IMG/VR virus record: IMGVR_UViG_3300020154_000003
Coordinates: 186,001-250,000 of that record
Length of the DNA: 64,000 nucleotides
Direction: 5' to 3' (one strand)
The notes under the pieces were generated by a model that was not told the origin of the DNA, searched no databases, and worked only from the letters and a program-made list of their open reading frames with translations. Below are positions 1 through 11,090 of this stretch, piece by piece. A program made the translations under genes and the position numbers. The first letter of the stretch is position 1; each line of letters begins with the position of its first letter.

Positions 1-64
1 TCAGTCTTGCTCATCGAGTCCAGTACCTGCTTACCTTTTGGTTTTATTGTTGCCATTTATTTCT

Positions 65-89
65 TATACGTAAACATGAGGAAATTGTT
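65..89 (-). promoter_or_regulatory. Phage promoter AAC-N16-CGTATA
   Basis: Minus strand AAC-AATTTCCTCATGTTTA-CGTATA; one of 21 copies. Confidence 0.75.
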
Positions 90-96
90 CAAATCC

Positions 97-324
97 TTAA
101 TTAAGGATGTCTGCCATTACTTTCTCATATTCCTCATGTTCGCGGTTCAACTCTTCACACAATCTATTTAACTGATCACGGTGTGGAGAATTGCCAGCAG
201 AGAACCTTGATTTTCTAACGGTTACTTCCTCCACAACCTTCAATCCGTTCATCGTATCTAAAATACCAAAGGTTCGATAATTATGTATGGTCACCGACCT
301 AAGGATATATCTTTTATTCACCAT
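97..324 (-). CDS. Paralog family B small protein carrying the C-terminal tag
   Basis: RY...ILD...LNREHEEYEKVMADIL, shared with six other ORFs. Confidence 0.7.
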   Translation of the reverse strand: MVNKRYILRSVTIHNYRTFGILDTMNGLKVVEEVTVRKSRFSAGNSPHRDQLNRLCEELNREHEEYEKVMADILN

Positions 325-559
325 TATAATGAGGCCAACAACCTAATTCCATCAACTCTTTATTATACCACCTATATTCCCTATTCATCTGCTTACACAT
401 AAATTTAATATTTCTATGCCCATCATCTTCATAATTGAATATATTAAAAAATTCTTCCTTATGAATTATTTGATATTGATTATAAGTATCTCTGAGGATG
501 TAACGATGTTTTGAATCAACCATTTCCACATCCACAACATATCTTTCTTCAACTCCCAT
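314..559 (-). CDS. Paralog family B small protein
   Basis: RY...LRDT...MNREYRWYNKELMEL. Confidence 0.65.
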   Translation of the reverse strand: MGVEERYVVDVEMVDSKHRYILRDTYNQYQIIHKEEFFNIFNYEDDGHRNIKFMCKQMNREYRWYNKELMELGCWPHYNGE

Positions 560-1218
560 TCAACAACTACAGATTGACAATAGCACAATTATAAAAAACA
601 TGAGTAGACCTGACAGGCCAGCAAGACCGAGTATCCAAGGATTGGTTTCCTTTTCCAGTTTTTTGCCTTCCATGTTTATCTATCTTGAAGGGATGCAGTC
701 ACAATAAATTTAGAGGCAATCATCTTGCAGCGTTTCAGCTTAACAAAATTGAATGTGGTTATTGTTGTGGTTTCTCCATCGCGATCACTCACTATCCAAG
801 AATCCTTAGTTTTAGTTCTTGTCTTCCAATTATTCTGATGGAGTTTTGTATATCCGTTACCTCTACGATGTTCCTTTTCCTTTTTATCAACATACTTCCT
901 AGCAGCCTTTCCATTTTCAAATAGAAGGTCACCCATTACGTATGAAGCAGAATGCTCGTAATCAGTTTTATAGTTTGAGTGTTGGATGTGTTTGAGAATA
1001 ACAACCATTACTTAAAATTTAGGATCAAATCTTTCGTCAACATAGGTTCGTCTTGCCCTTGCAGCCATGTTACAGCGATCCTGTATCATTTGGTGCAGCT
1101 TCCAAGCATCTTCTTCTGCAAGGTAGATCACTAATGCTGTTTGACCATCCTCTTGGGTAAAGGTCATCTTGATCTTTCCTTGGTTGTAATCGACTGCTTC
1201 TGGATTTAACATGAGCGT

Positions 1219-1944
1219 TTACTTTATATGTTTTTGAAACCATTCATCGGAAGACATGTGTGTAATTTGGAACTTCTCAGGTGCAGTTCTATTTCCTTCC
1301 ATTGCCTTGATGAAGTTGTGATACTTATAGCAGAAGGTAATCACTTCGTCTCGCGTGTATTTTTCTTCTTCCTCAACACGATGGAGAGTAGTTTTATAGT
1401 TGGAATTTAGTTTGACTTCATATCGCCACTTATATCTATGCTCAACCCTATCCTCTGGATTAGGGTGATACACCTTTTCACATTCTACCAATACCTTATC
1501 ACCATTCTTCATCTTACCATCTACAATTGCTTGCATATGTTCAGGTGAGAATTGTTCAGGTAGGACAAGTACCTTCTTTCCCATTCCATTTGGTTCAAAA
1601 GCACCATAGTCTTTATCTTCTTTAGTATGAATTATATCGCCAGTGAAAGGCATCCACCATTTATCACCTGACTCTATATTCTCTGTTTCAGAAATGATAA
1701 TTGGTTTGTAGCATTTACCTTTAGAATCACCATCTGAGTTTATACCTAGGAATGGCTCACAGAGAAATAATCTACCGTCCGATTTCTTAAAAATTAGATA
1801 TTTATTTTCCTCCCAATGTGTTTCAATAAGAAGAAGTTTACCTTCAACAACAGGCACATCCATCGTTACCATTTGAGGTAGTCCATCATTATTATCAGGA
1901 TATGTGATGGTGTGATTTTTAATGTTTCTAACCTTAATTCCCAT
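1219..1944 (-). CDS. Paralog family A hypothetical phage protein
   Basis: GKLLLIE...KPIIISETE.IE.GD.W...KKVLVLPEQFS.E.MQAI.DGK.K.GDKVLVECE. Confidence 0.8.
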   Translation of the reverse strand: MGIKVRNIKNHTITYPDNNDGLPQMVTMDVPVVEGKLLLIETHWEENKYLIFKKSDGRLFLCEPFLGINSDGDSKGKCYKPIIISETENIESGDKWWMPFTGDIIHTKEDKDYGAFEPNGMGKKVLVLPEQFSPEHMQAIVDGKMKNGDKVLVECEKVYHPNPEDRVEHRYKWRYEVKLNSNYKTTLHRVEEEEKYTRDEVITFCYKYHNFIKAMEGNRTAPEKFQITHMSSDEWFQKHIK

Positions 1945-2764
1945 GTCTTCCTTTTATGAAGTTTTTCTTTTTAAATTCTTCCCATGCAGTTTCATCACTA
2001 CGATCTCCAATAATACCAACAAAGGATTTGGGATTGCAGAAGAATGCTACTTTCACCATTTCCTCACCATACATTTGCTCATTATTTTCTGCAAATGCTT
2101 GAAACTTATCTCCAAGGTAATGCAGGCAAGCGGCCTTAACCATTTCCTTATCGGGATGGTTTAAAAGATAGATTCTAAGATCAGCAATTGTGTTGAATTG
2201 ATCAATGGAAACTTTTGTAGCGACAGTGGGGTATAATGTTAGAGGCGACTTAATTGGATATTGATAAACATATCCATTATATTCGTGGCCAGTACATTCG
2301 ATCATCAATTCTTGCTGATCTTTGAGTTTTTCATCAATGATTGCTTGAAGTTGTTCGTTTGAGAAATTTTCAGGGAGTGCTAACACCTTAGCTGACCAGA
2401 CAGTAACTGTAGGAGATTTACGTCTTATATCATCCATCAACCTTCCCATTTGATTATAGTGATCCGCTTCACGTTCATCCGCAACTTGTTTGAGCAAATG
2501 ATTCGATCTTTTGGCATTACCGTATACCACCCAATCACCGACTTCAATCTTTTCTGTTTCGGAAATAATGATTGGTGCAAACCATAATAATGGGTGAGTA
2601 ATATTACCACCAACAAAATCTTTGAAATAGCAGGTCGTTGTATATCCTCGTTGGTCAACCAGCAGAAGTTTTCCATCCGCTACCAGTACTTGTTCATTAG
2701 GAGGTAAAGCCTTTCCATCAGGCGACTCTCTGAGCCTCCTTGTTACTTTAGCTTTGATGTCCAT
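1934..2764 (-). CDS. Paralog family A hypothetical phage protein
   Basis: DGKLLLVD...PIIISETEKIEVGDW...KVLALPENFS.EQLQAI. Confidence 0.8.
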   Translation of the reverse strand: MDIKAKVTRRLRESPDGKALPPNEQVLVADGKLLLVDQRGYTTTCYFKDFVGGNITHPLLWFAPIIISETEKIEVGDWVVYGNAKRSNHLLKQVADEREADHYNQMGRLMDDIRRKSPTVTVWSAKVLALPENFSNEQLQAIIDEKLKDQQELMIECTGHEYNGYVYQYPIKSPLTLYPTVATKVSIDQFNTIADLRIYLLNHPDKEMVKAACLHYLGDKFQAFAENNEQMYGEEMVKVAFFCNPKSFVGIIGDRSDETAWEEFKKKNFIKGRHGN

Positions 2765-3344
2765 GAGGTTTTTTTTTCAAATGTTCCTTATAAAATTTTT
2801 CAATCTTATCATACCACACGCCTTTTACGTAACCGTTTTCATATCCATCAACGTATGCTTGACGAATTAATTCTTTTACTTCGTCCGTGGTGTAAGTTGG
2901 TTCTTCATTATCGATAGGCAGGAATGTGACATGACCTTCAGAATTCAGTTTGACATAATATTGCACAGGAAGATACCAAGATTTATCCTCAACCTCTTCA
3001 CAGGCAACAACTACCTTTTGGTTTGGTGTGTATTCACCATCTTCAATGGCTTGAAGATACTCTGCTGATAAGTGTTCAGGAAGGACAATAACTTTCTTGC
3101 AATGAGTATGATAACCCTTTGAAGTGATTGTCGTTACATCATGTTCGCTTGCAGTTCTTATGCCAAGGGTAGTGTCTTTAATGTTAACCCATGAATCACC
3201 GAGCGTGATCGGTTCTGTTTCGGAGATGATTACGGATTTAACAAAATCTCCACCATCCTCAATAAGAAGGAATACGCCATCAGTCACAAAACACTTTGTT
3301 TTGTACCTTTGGTATTGTCTGGTATTTTTTACTTGAATTGCCAT
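2748..3344 (-). CDS. Paralog family A hypothetical phage protein
   Basis: DGVFLLIE...VIISETEPITLGD.W...KKVIVLPEHLS.EYLQAI. Confidence 0.8.
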   Translation of the reverse strand: MAIQVKNTRQYQRYKTKCFVTDGVFLLIEDGGDFVKSVIISETEPITLGDSWVNIKDTTLGIRTASEHDVTTITSKGYHTHCKKVIVLPEHLSAEYLQAIEDGEYTPNQKVVVACEEVEDKSWYLPVQYYVKLNSEGHVTFLPIDNEEPTYTTDEVKELIRQAYVDGYENGYVKGVWYDKIEKFYKEHLKKKPHGHQS

Positions 3345-3775
3345 ACTTTATCGTGGTACAAAAATAAGATCGTAACCCATCTTAGAGAGGATATTTTTCA
3401 ATCGCTTGATCTTTTCTTTTACTGTAGTATTTTGATCGTCATTAATTACGATTGCTTCATTTACTTCAGAAGTATTTCTAATCGTTCTACGCATTGAATT
3501 GGTGTGTGCATCAATATGATGATCAGCATATGTAAGATCAGGTATCAGCTTATTTAAGCTGTCAGGTGACACATTCGAAAGTAGATGTCTATCGGTAATG
3601 GTCTCATCCAATTGCATAGAGAATTGACCAAGGCAACACATGAACCCTTGCTCATTTAGAAGTCTGGTACACCCATTACCTCTGGCTGTTTCACTGGTGT
3701 TAATAGTTTCTTCTTGCTCCGTGCCACAACGCCAGAATTCCTCAAACAAAAGAAGGGGTTTCAGTTTAGTTTTTT

Positions 3776-4009
3776 TCATACGGGGAAATTTACTACTGAC
3801 CATGCCACGATTGTCTTACCTCCCGTGTAACCTTCCACAGACCAATGGTCTGTCTTAGAAAAGTAATTACCGAAAGCCACATGTTCAGTTTTGGTGTGTT
3901 GTGAAAGAAAGGCCACTAAGAGTCTTGGTGACACTCCGTTTTCTTTGTTCCACACATCATTTTGATCGATTGGTGGTTTCTTTTTATTGGGTGATGTCCA
4001 CTTTATCAT
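3776..4009 (-). CDS. DUF551-like small phage protein
   Basis: W.S...KPP...LLV...W...IVAW pattern. Confidence 0.35.
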   Translation of the reverse strand: MIKWTSPNKKKPPIDQNDVWNKENGVSPRLLVAFLSQHTKTEHVAFGNYFSKTDHWSVEGYTGGKTIVAWSVVNFPV

Positions 4010-4144
4010 GGTCGTTTTTTTTATCTTTGAGGTACTTATATATTTTCTCAGACGTTCGGAATTTAATGTAGGCTATCCACAATACGCCAAAAGCACAAAT
4101 GGTTAGCACTGACAGACCTATGATTTCTCGTATATCCATTTTTC

Positions 4145-4206
4145 TGGTGAAGGGAGAGGGAATCGAACCCCCGATCAAAAACTCTAACCAACTGAGTTAT
4201 CCCTTC
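4145..4206 (-). ncRNA. 62-nt tRNA-like RNA lacking the entire anticodon arm
   Basis: GAAGGGA/TCCCTTC acceptor stem + ACCA, D arm ACTC-AGTTGGTTA-GAGT, 8-nt linker TTTTGATC, T arm GGGGG-TTCGATT-CCCTC. Confidence 0.8.
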
Positions 4207-4212
4207 ATTTTT

Positions 4213-4371
4213 TCAATTTTCCTTGAATGGCTTAACTTTACCAGTTTCGCTATCCACTACGAACTTTCGTTTCATAAACTCTCGGTTAAGATTGGCCTTA
4301 GGGTCATTCCTTAACACCATCGCTTTCTGAGATAGAGACAGTTCTGTGTAATATTTTATAATTTCAGCCAT
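4213..4371 (-). CDS. 52-aa hypothetical protein, not in the ORF track
   Basis: MAEIIKYYTELSLSQKAMVLRND...KPFKEN*; fills the gap upstream of the tRNA-like element. Confidence 0.55.
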   Translation of the reverse strand: MAEIIKYYTELSLSQKAMVLRNDPKANLNREFMKRKFVVDSETGKVKPFKEN

Positions 4372-4619
4372 ATGTTTATTCATTAACAATCAACATTGCA
4401 GGGGAATTGGCAGGTGCCACCCATAGTACAATTTTGACTACGACCAGTTGGGCTTGAAGGATCACCCCAAAACCCTCTTTTCACCAATTGTATAGAGACT
4501 TGAGCCTCAGTAGCCTTTCTGGAGAGTACTCGATATTTATCGTTGTACTTATCGGCTCTCCTTTTGGCCCTTGCTTTACGTTTTGCTATTTTTTCTGCTC
4601 TGGTCATGATTTACAGTAT

Positions 4620-4644
4620 TATACGCAAAATACTATAAATTGTT
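4620..4644 (-). promoter_or_regulatory. Phage promoter AAC-N16-CGTATA
   Basis: Exact spacing; just upstream of ORF 4383..4607. Confidence 0.75.
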
Positions 4645-5330
4645 ATTTTTCAACATGTTCATTCAAAATCTTCAGCAGTTCATCCAGATGTGCTTCTGTC
4701 TCGCGTGTGCCAAACGATGATCTTCTTTTGTGGATGTTGTCAAGGATTTCCATTACTCCCATCCCTCCACGTTCGTTCAGTCTTTTAAGGGTTTGCCCGT
4801 GGTTTTTTTGTGCCCATTCCTCATTCAATAGAGACATCGGGACAGATTTCGGACAGTTCTTATGAAACCTTCGAGACTCAGAATGAATTTCCATTGTGTC
4901 CATATCCTTAATTAAGTTTTACCTCTTCGCATGGTCAGAGAAAACAACTCATCGGTTGCTTTCGTTTGATTGTAAAAGCCACCGTATTTTGTTAAGGTAG
5001 AATAGATGTCGTTCCAAATCCTTTGATCCTTCAAAGTCTTTTTCTTACGTGGATCGTATATAAGTTTTGCCATGAGTTTAATCGCATTCACCTTGACAAA
5101 CTGATTTCAAATACCCACAGCTTGAGCATCGATTTTCTGATTCCCACGCATCCTGCTTGGCTTGTTCACGGTCATTCAATACCCATTCCTCTTTATCTTC
5201 GTCCCATACCATTCCTTCGTAAAAGCCTCCGGGGCCATTACTGGTAAAGAATTCTCTGTTAGTCATCTCACCTCTGGAACGATGATGGTCATCCCATTTG
5301 GTGTCATTTTCATTGTAACCCGGATATTTT

Positions 5331-5618
5331 TTAGCCATGTTGTAAATTTAGATAGGTCATAATTGTTTCATTATATTGTTTAAATTCAGTGTTTAACGCA
5401 CGTATAAGAACACCTCTGTTTCCGTTTTGTTCAAACTCCCATGCTTCATCTGCAGGGATGACAAATTTGTTTGTGTGTGTATCTAATATATCCCAAATTT
5501 GCTCGGTACGTCTATTCTTTTTGTTTCTTATTACGTATCGAGACTGTGTTTTATATCGTCTCAATCCTTTACGTATCAATCTCTGCTTACGATACTCATC
5601 AACAATATCTTCATACAT
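5331..5618 (-). CDS. Paralog family B small protein
   Basis: RYVIR...WDILDTHTNKF...LNTEFKQYNETIMTYL. Confidence 0.7.
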   Translation of the reverse strand: MYEDIVDEYRKQRLIRKGLRRYKTQSRYVIRNKKNRRTEQIWDILDTHTNKFVIPADEAWEFEQNGNRGVLIRALNTEFKQYNETIMTYLNLQHG

Positions 5619-6059
5619 AACTTACATTTGGATGTAGTGCCTCCTGAGAACTTTTTCGTAAGCAACTAACAATTCTTCGTCATTAAACGTATTGAAATCC
5701 AACGTCTGAATCGACTTACCGAAGATTAGAAACTCACGCCACCGCATGAGACCTTTATCAAAACCATTATGTTCTTTTTTAATGTCTTCGATTCGTTGAA
5801 GAATAAGTTGTCTCATATTATTATGGTTTAAAGGTTTTGCAGTTCACAAACATAAATGTCGGATTCAAATAAAGGTCTGAAATCTCTTTTGAATAAATCG
5901 GCAGGTCTATATGGTTTACCATTTACAGGAGCGTCAGGCAATTTCTTGTATTCCTCATCGGTTAAAAGACAAACATTTTCAAATCTAGCTGGCATAGACA
6001 CATTTCTTCCGATAGACTCTTTTTTTCTCCACGTATGGCCTTTATAACTAAACATTTTA

Positions 6060-6365
6060 TTACGCCCTCACCAAAAAATCATACAAATTTATTTCATATG
6101 CAAAATGCTCGTTGCTCAGTGCAACATATAAGTTCTCCAATTCACCACGCTTATGATGTACCCAACCATCTACTTCATGTAAGAGAAATTTATTTTGAAA
6201 ATTATCCCATATGTCATACCATTTCTTTTCATCAGCATATGTGGTATCGTAAAATTTTCTCTCGGTATATTTATAGCGTCTCAGTTCTTGAGGCATGTAC
6301 TGACAAGTTATGACGATTGCCCTAACCTCTTCCAACTTCTCTAATACCTTTTCATAATCATTCAT
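6060..6365 (-). CDS. Paralog family B small protein
   Basis: RYKY...YDIWDNFQNKF...LSNEHFAYEINLYDFL. Confidence 0.7.
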   Translation of the reverse strand: MNDYEKVLEKLEEVRAIVITCQYMPQELRRYKYTERKFYDTTYADEKKWYDIWDNFQNKFLLHEVDGWVHHKRGELENLYVALSNEHFAYEINLYDFLVRA

Positions 6366-6591
6366 CTTTCAGATAATCATGTATTGTTTTTTCGTAATGA
6401 TAGTGTCCATCATTAAGAAACGACATCAAACCACTTATCTTTGATCTATGTCGTTCATGTCCTTCTTCAGCACTCAACACAAATTCTTTTTTAAATCGAT
6501 CCCATACGTCATCCCAATGAATTATACAATCATGTTCGTCATATCCTTGCCTTGACATCCAGACATACCTAACGTATTCAAAGTGGGGCAT
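6358..6591 (-). CDS. Paralog family B small protein
   Basis: RYVW...DDVWDRFKKEF...LNDGHYHYEKTIHDYL. Confidence 0.7.
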   Translation of the reverse strand: MPHFEYVRYVWMSRQGYDEHDCIIHWDDVWDRFKKEFVLSAEEGHERHRSKISGLMSFLNDGHYHYEKTIHDYLKDE

Positions 6592-6801
6592 TCCTAACGG
6601 CTTCCTGCCACTCCATTTCCAAATCCAACACAGTCTCAGCTTTCAAATCTCCACCAACGCTAGAGACCAAACCCATATGGTTTTCATAACCCATAAACCA
6701 CGTTGGAGTTAGGTCACTAACTTGTACTCGCACATAAGAATATTTGCTACCCTCACCTATTGGTTTGAATATCCAATACTGTGTTGTCTTTATAATGTGT
6801 T

Positions 6802-7035
6802 TCATTTTCTTAAGAAATAATAAACGTCAAGATTGTAATACGTATACTCCATCAGGTTGTACTTGGCTGATAGTTGAATTTCTCTGCTTCGATAAATGGG
6901 TCTGTCTTCGAGAATATCCTTAGCAAATCTTTGCCATAACGATAATTGAGTTTTCCTTTTTAAGGATGGACAAGCATCGAAAAATGTTTTGATGTCATCA
7001 AGCACGTCATCGACTGATTGATTTGTGTGTATCAT
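6802..7035 (-). CDS. Hypothetical protein carrying the C-terminal tag
   Basis: Ends EYTYYNLDVYYFLRK. Confidence 0.55.
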   Translation of the reverse strand: MIHTNQSVDDVLDDIKTFFDACPSLKRKTQLSLWQRFAKDILEDRPIYRSREIQLSAKYNLMEYTYYNLDVYYFLRK

Positions 7036-7856
7036 ATTCCAAGCTTTCTCGCAACAACCACATCAACATAATATATGACGGAAGCATAACTATCATCGGA
7101 GCGACCCTTTTCAAGTAGACCTTGCTTAACAAAGAAGTTTGCTACTCTAATTTCATCACTACTCATCAACTTCCTCAGTACAGGCCCATCTGCAAACCTA
7201 CTTAAAAATTCTAATCCTGTCTTGGAAAGGGGAGGAAGATTATCGAATCGACTAGCATGTTGGATGCACAGCCTAACCTTAGCTTCCTCAACAGCTTCAT
7301 CGAATGTGGTGTGCTCTTTTACGTCAAACATTGCTGGCAGACTACCGTGTCCTATTTCGTGGTATTCGTACAGTCCTTCCTCATTCTTTACTATTCTCCC
7401 ACGATAGGTGTCTTTGAAAAACACCTTAGCGATTTTAGGGTCGTTTAGGTCTTTTATCGGCACCTTTACTTTAACAAAATTTTCTGTATACCACATATTC
7501 ATTATGCGTTTTGTCCTATCAGATTTTCGTAAAGAATCATATACCTTCTACGAATAGAAAAGTTCAACTTGTATTTCTTTTCTACCGCAAGCATTTTCTT
7601 AAAATCTGCCAACGTTATCCAGTAGTTGTTATTGCAGAAATTACCACAAAATCCTGCGATCTCATCTTTCACCTCAATGGGTAAATCTTTTCTACCCGAT
7701 GCCTGTTTCAAGCAGCCAACTAAGGTTTGAACATCAGCAGGATAGACTCTATGGTAGCATAGGATGGCGATGTCTCTCAACTTTTTTAGGGATGCTGGTT
7801 TGATTTCCACTTTAGAATATTGGAGATCACGCAGATGTGGTTCCAGTTCGCTTGCC

Positions 7857-8468
7857 TTAACGATTTTTCTTATAACTATCATTATTAACTACGTTTTCTT
7901 CAAACCAACGATTGATTGTATTCTGTCCTAAGATATTACCAATTTGCCATTCTTTCGCAAATTCGACTGCGATAACTTTCATTTCATCAAGCGAGTATAA
8001 TCTTGGCAAACGAATGATTACATGCCCATTCATTAGTTCAACTCCCCAACAACCAACAGCACCGTAACATTCGATCAATAATTTATCACCTTTTCTCACA
8101 TTACCATCTGCGATCATTTGTAAATCTTTGAATGAAAAGTGATCCGGGAGTGCAAGAACCTTAAACCATCCTAAGGACTTCGCTTCTTCAGGAGGAAAGT
8201 TATTATCACATCTTTCAAGACTGCCGTTATTGTAATAAATCCAATCACCTATTTCAATCGGTTCTTTCTCCGAAATGAGTAACGGTTTTAAATATTTACC
8301 AATTCCCTTAATACGACCGTTGGAGGAAGTGAAGGCAACCCTCAAGGTCGAATTAGTTGCGTACCACAATTTAGCTTCTTCTGGTTGACATTCGATTAAA
8401 ACAAGTTTACCCTCTGCCATTGGGCAATTGGGTAGATCAGGTAAGGTAATGGTATGTTTTACTTTCAT
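7857..8468 (-). CDS. Paralog family A hypothetical phage protein
   Basis: EGKLVLIE...KPLLISEKEPIEIGDW...KVLALPDHFS..DLQMI.DG. Confidence 0.8.
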   Translation of the reverse strand: MKVKHTITLPDLPNCPMAEGKLVLIECQPEEAKLWYATNSTLRVAFTSSNGRIKGIGKYLKPLLISEKEPIEIGDWIYYNNGSLERCDNNFPPEEAKSLGWFKVLALPDHFSFKDLQMIADGNVRKGDKLLIECYGAVGCWGVELMNGHVIIRLPRLYSLDEMKVIAVEFAKEWQIGNILGQNTINRWFEENVVNNDSYKKNR

Positions 8469-8722
8469 GCTTGGGCTGCTAGTTGTGCAAATAACCTCTT
8501 GTCTTCGATTCCATAGCCTGTATTATCTCCCAAAAGTTCCAATGCATCTTTACGCATGGTGTTTACATCCGTTGTTTTGAGGACTTCATCGATGTCTTCA
8601 GGAGTCACATAGTCCCGGCCATTAGCAATGGCGATCTTTACAAGGGAATTATCCTTGTGCGCTTCCTGAAGGTGCTTATGATAATCTTCAATAACTGACA
8701 TGATGACTGGTTTTTAGGTTAT

Positions 8723-8747
8723 TATACGTAAAGATAGTGGATTTGTT
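8723..8747 (-). promoter_or_regulatory. Phage promoter AAC-N16-CGTATA
   Basis: Exact spacing; upstream of ORF 8465..8701. Confidence 0.75.
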
Positions 8748-8784
8748 TTAATATGAAAAACTATTACAAACCATGAATAATGCA

Positions 8785-8792
8785 TATATTTG
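8785..8792 (+). promoter_or_regulatory. Bacteroidota primary-sigma -7 element TATATTTG
   Basis: Matches TAnnTTTG, 6 nt before ATG 8799 of a lone plus-strand gene. Confidence 0.5.
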
Positions 8793-8798
8793 TACCTT

Positions 8799-9269
8799 AT
8801 GGATGAAAAACAGGATTTCGACCTAACTTCTGAAGATGTTCGAGAGGCCAGACGCATGGTCGATGAGGCTAGTGCCATCATAACAATTTATCGTCCCAAT
8901 GGTGGCGATATGAGTATTACCGTGGGCAAACCCGCTAAAAAAGTATTGGTACGCTATTTTCACCTGCTGACAGGGATAGAGTACACACGGGTTAAGGAAT
9001 CCTTAATTAACTATGGTACTAACGATTATTATGATGGGAATGAGATCGATGGTATTAAGAAGATATTTTTTAAAAATACGAAAACTAGATTTTATCACAC
9101 AATAAACGATATTAATCTCTATTACAAGAAAATCATATGTTTATCAAGATATGAATTTTTGGTTTACACCTTAAGTGAGGATGAAAACAGAGAACGTGAA
9201 ATGAAGAAAAAGTTTCGGTTGGATTATGTCGCTACTATGAGGGAATTCATTGCTCAACCAAAAAGTTAG
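8799..9269 (+). CDS. Hypothetical protein carrying the C-terminal tag (start moved to ATG 8799)
   Basis: Ends FRLDYVATMREFIAQPKS; the TTG start at 8790 overlaps the promoter. Confidence 0.6.
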   Translation: MDEKQDFDLTSEDVREARRMVDEASAIITIYRPNGGDMSITVGKPAKKVLVRYFHLLTGIEYTRVKESLINYGTNDYYDGNEIDGIKKIFFKNTKTRFYHTINDINLYYKKIICLSRYEFLVYTLSEDENREREMKKKFRLDYVATMREFIAQPKS

Positions 9270-9462
9270 AAATCTCTAACAGATAATACATATGATCAGC
9301 GACCAGCACCCTACTTTCAAGCGGATAATGAGTTTCAGAGATTAATTTGATGTGACTTCTGAATATAGTGTTTAATCGCAATTCAGTAATCACTTCATAA
9401 TTATTACTTAGAAGTTCGAAAACATTATGTGCTATGTTATTATGACAAGTAGGGATTGGCAT
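9247..9462 (-). CDS. Hypothetical protein carrying the C-terminal tag
   Basis: Ends DHMYYLLEISNFLVEQ. Confidence 0.55.
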   Translation of the reverse strand: MPIPTCHNNIAHNVFELLSNNYEVITELRLNTIFRSHIKLISETHYPLESRVLVADHMYYLLEISNFLVEQ

Positions 9463-10097
9463 CAGTTGACAGGATACAAAATCAATGCCCGTGGCTTGGC
9501 CTTAATTTCTTTCCATTCTTCGTCATCCATGCCTGCATCATACGCACTCCATTTGGTGTCATATACTTCACCAGAATAGGTAGTATCAGGAACGTAAACG
9601 GCATCAGGGTCAACGTCAGCCAACGGTGAGTAACCATTACCTTCAGAATCTTTTTGAAGGATGACTTCCATATCATCAGGCAAGTCTTTGATGGCTGCTT
9701 TTAAATCTTTAACGGTCATATTATCCCAAGTAATTTACACGGTACAAAGAGAACAATCAATCCAACAAGTAAGAGTATGCATTGAATGGTAATGTTTTTT
9801 GGTTGTTTGAATATTGGTTGAAGTCCCATGCCTGCTGAACAACCCAATAGAAGTCCTCCAATCAAAAGTAGTATGTAAGCGATGATTTCTGTCATTTGTC
9901 TTCGATGTCAATCCAACCAACCACTGCTCCCAAGCCAGTAAATACTGCAACCGTGTAGATCACTTCTGCTTTTCCAACTGGCTCCCAATTGCAAGTTACT
10001 GCTTTAACGATACACCTTATTTCACCAATGATGGCGAGTATAACGATAAGTATAATAATCAATCTCATTTTATTTTGGGGGGGGGTTAAATTTAAAA

Positions 10098-11090
10098 TTA
10101 CTCAACTAATGACAGTTTAGAATAAATGGGGTTTCTTTTTTCATCGTCTTTTCTTGTGAAGAAATCAAAGTAATGCTCGATTCGCCACTTACCCTTCTTC
10201 ACCTTCGCCAGTACTGCATCTGCATAAGTATCTGTTTTAGTACTTATCTCTTTAATAGGTTCTTCTGCTTCCTCCAACACTTTTTTGTCAGCACATTGCC
10301 AACGCCAAACGTCAAGTGAGATCATTCCTATTTGTTTGAATCCCTCAAACTCAATCTCATATTCCTCATCCTTTTCTCCATCGTAACCATACGGATTGGT
10401 TACAATAATTTCAGTACCGTCATCTTTTAAATGAATACTAACACTCATATTACCCATTTGAGCATATCCCACATTTTGCTTGGCTAGGTATTGCATCAGA
10501 ACGTTGCGACCTAACACGGAATTAATGTCTGGATGACCATATCTATTTTTGGGATTAACGTACAGCTTTTCGGTTTTGAAAAAATTTTGAAAAATCAATT
10601 CACCAGAAGGAACCTCAATCTCAGAGACGAGTTTCTTTTTTCTTTTTAATGATTTTGCTTCACATGATGGTATTTCTTCTGGTTTAATTTGATAGTCGTA
10701 TTTACTAATGTTTTCCCTTACTGCACCTTCATCTCTTAATTTCCAATATGCGGGAGTAGGTATGAGACTTAGTGTGGTTTCATCTTTAATGACAATATAC
10801 ATTGTGGCACCACAATCGAAACACTGTCTTTCCATTCCAGTATAGCCAAGATAATCACCAATCTCATAAGCATCTGTCAATGATCTTTTATAGTGCTCCA
10901 ACATCCTAGTTTTATCTGCTTTGGAATCTTTTTGAGATTTGCCTTTACCTGTGGTGTATTCGCGAACCATTTCTTTAAGATGGTTGACTTCTTGGTCTAT
11001 TCTCTCCCCAACATCATGTACGCGATGACCCTTTAAATCAATTTTGATCGTGCCAGCCTTTATGCCGTTGTTAATGTCTTGGATATTCAT
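10098..11090 (-). CDS. 330-aa hypothetical phage protein
   Basis: Long ORF with CxxC; no family recognised. Confidence 0.7.
   Translation of the reverse strand: MNIQDINNGIKAGTIKIDLKGHRVHDVGERIDQEVNHLKEMVREYTTGKGKSQKDSKADKTRMLEHYKRSLTDAYEIGDYLGYTGMERQCFDCGATMYIVIKDETTLSLIPTPAYWKLRDEGAVRENISKYDYQIKPEEIPSCEAKSLKRKKKLVSEIEVPSGELIFQNFFKTEKLYVNPKNRYGHPDINSVLGRNVLMQYLAKQNVGYAQMGNMSVSIHLKDDGTEIIVTNPYGYDGEKDEEYEIEFEGFKQIGMISLDVWRWQCADKKVLEEAEEPIKEISTKTDTYADAVLAKVKKGKWRIEHYFDFFTRKDDEKRNPIYSKLSLVE

Noticed and set aside
3984-4178. ORF start at 4178 (MIGGSIPSP...)
   Set aside because: The extension runs through the tRNA-like T arm and acceptor stem; ATG 4139 is the more plausible start
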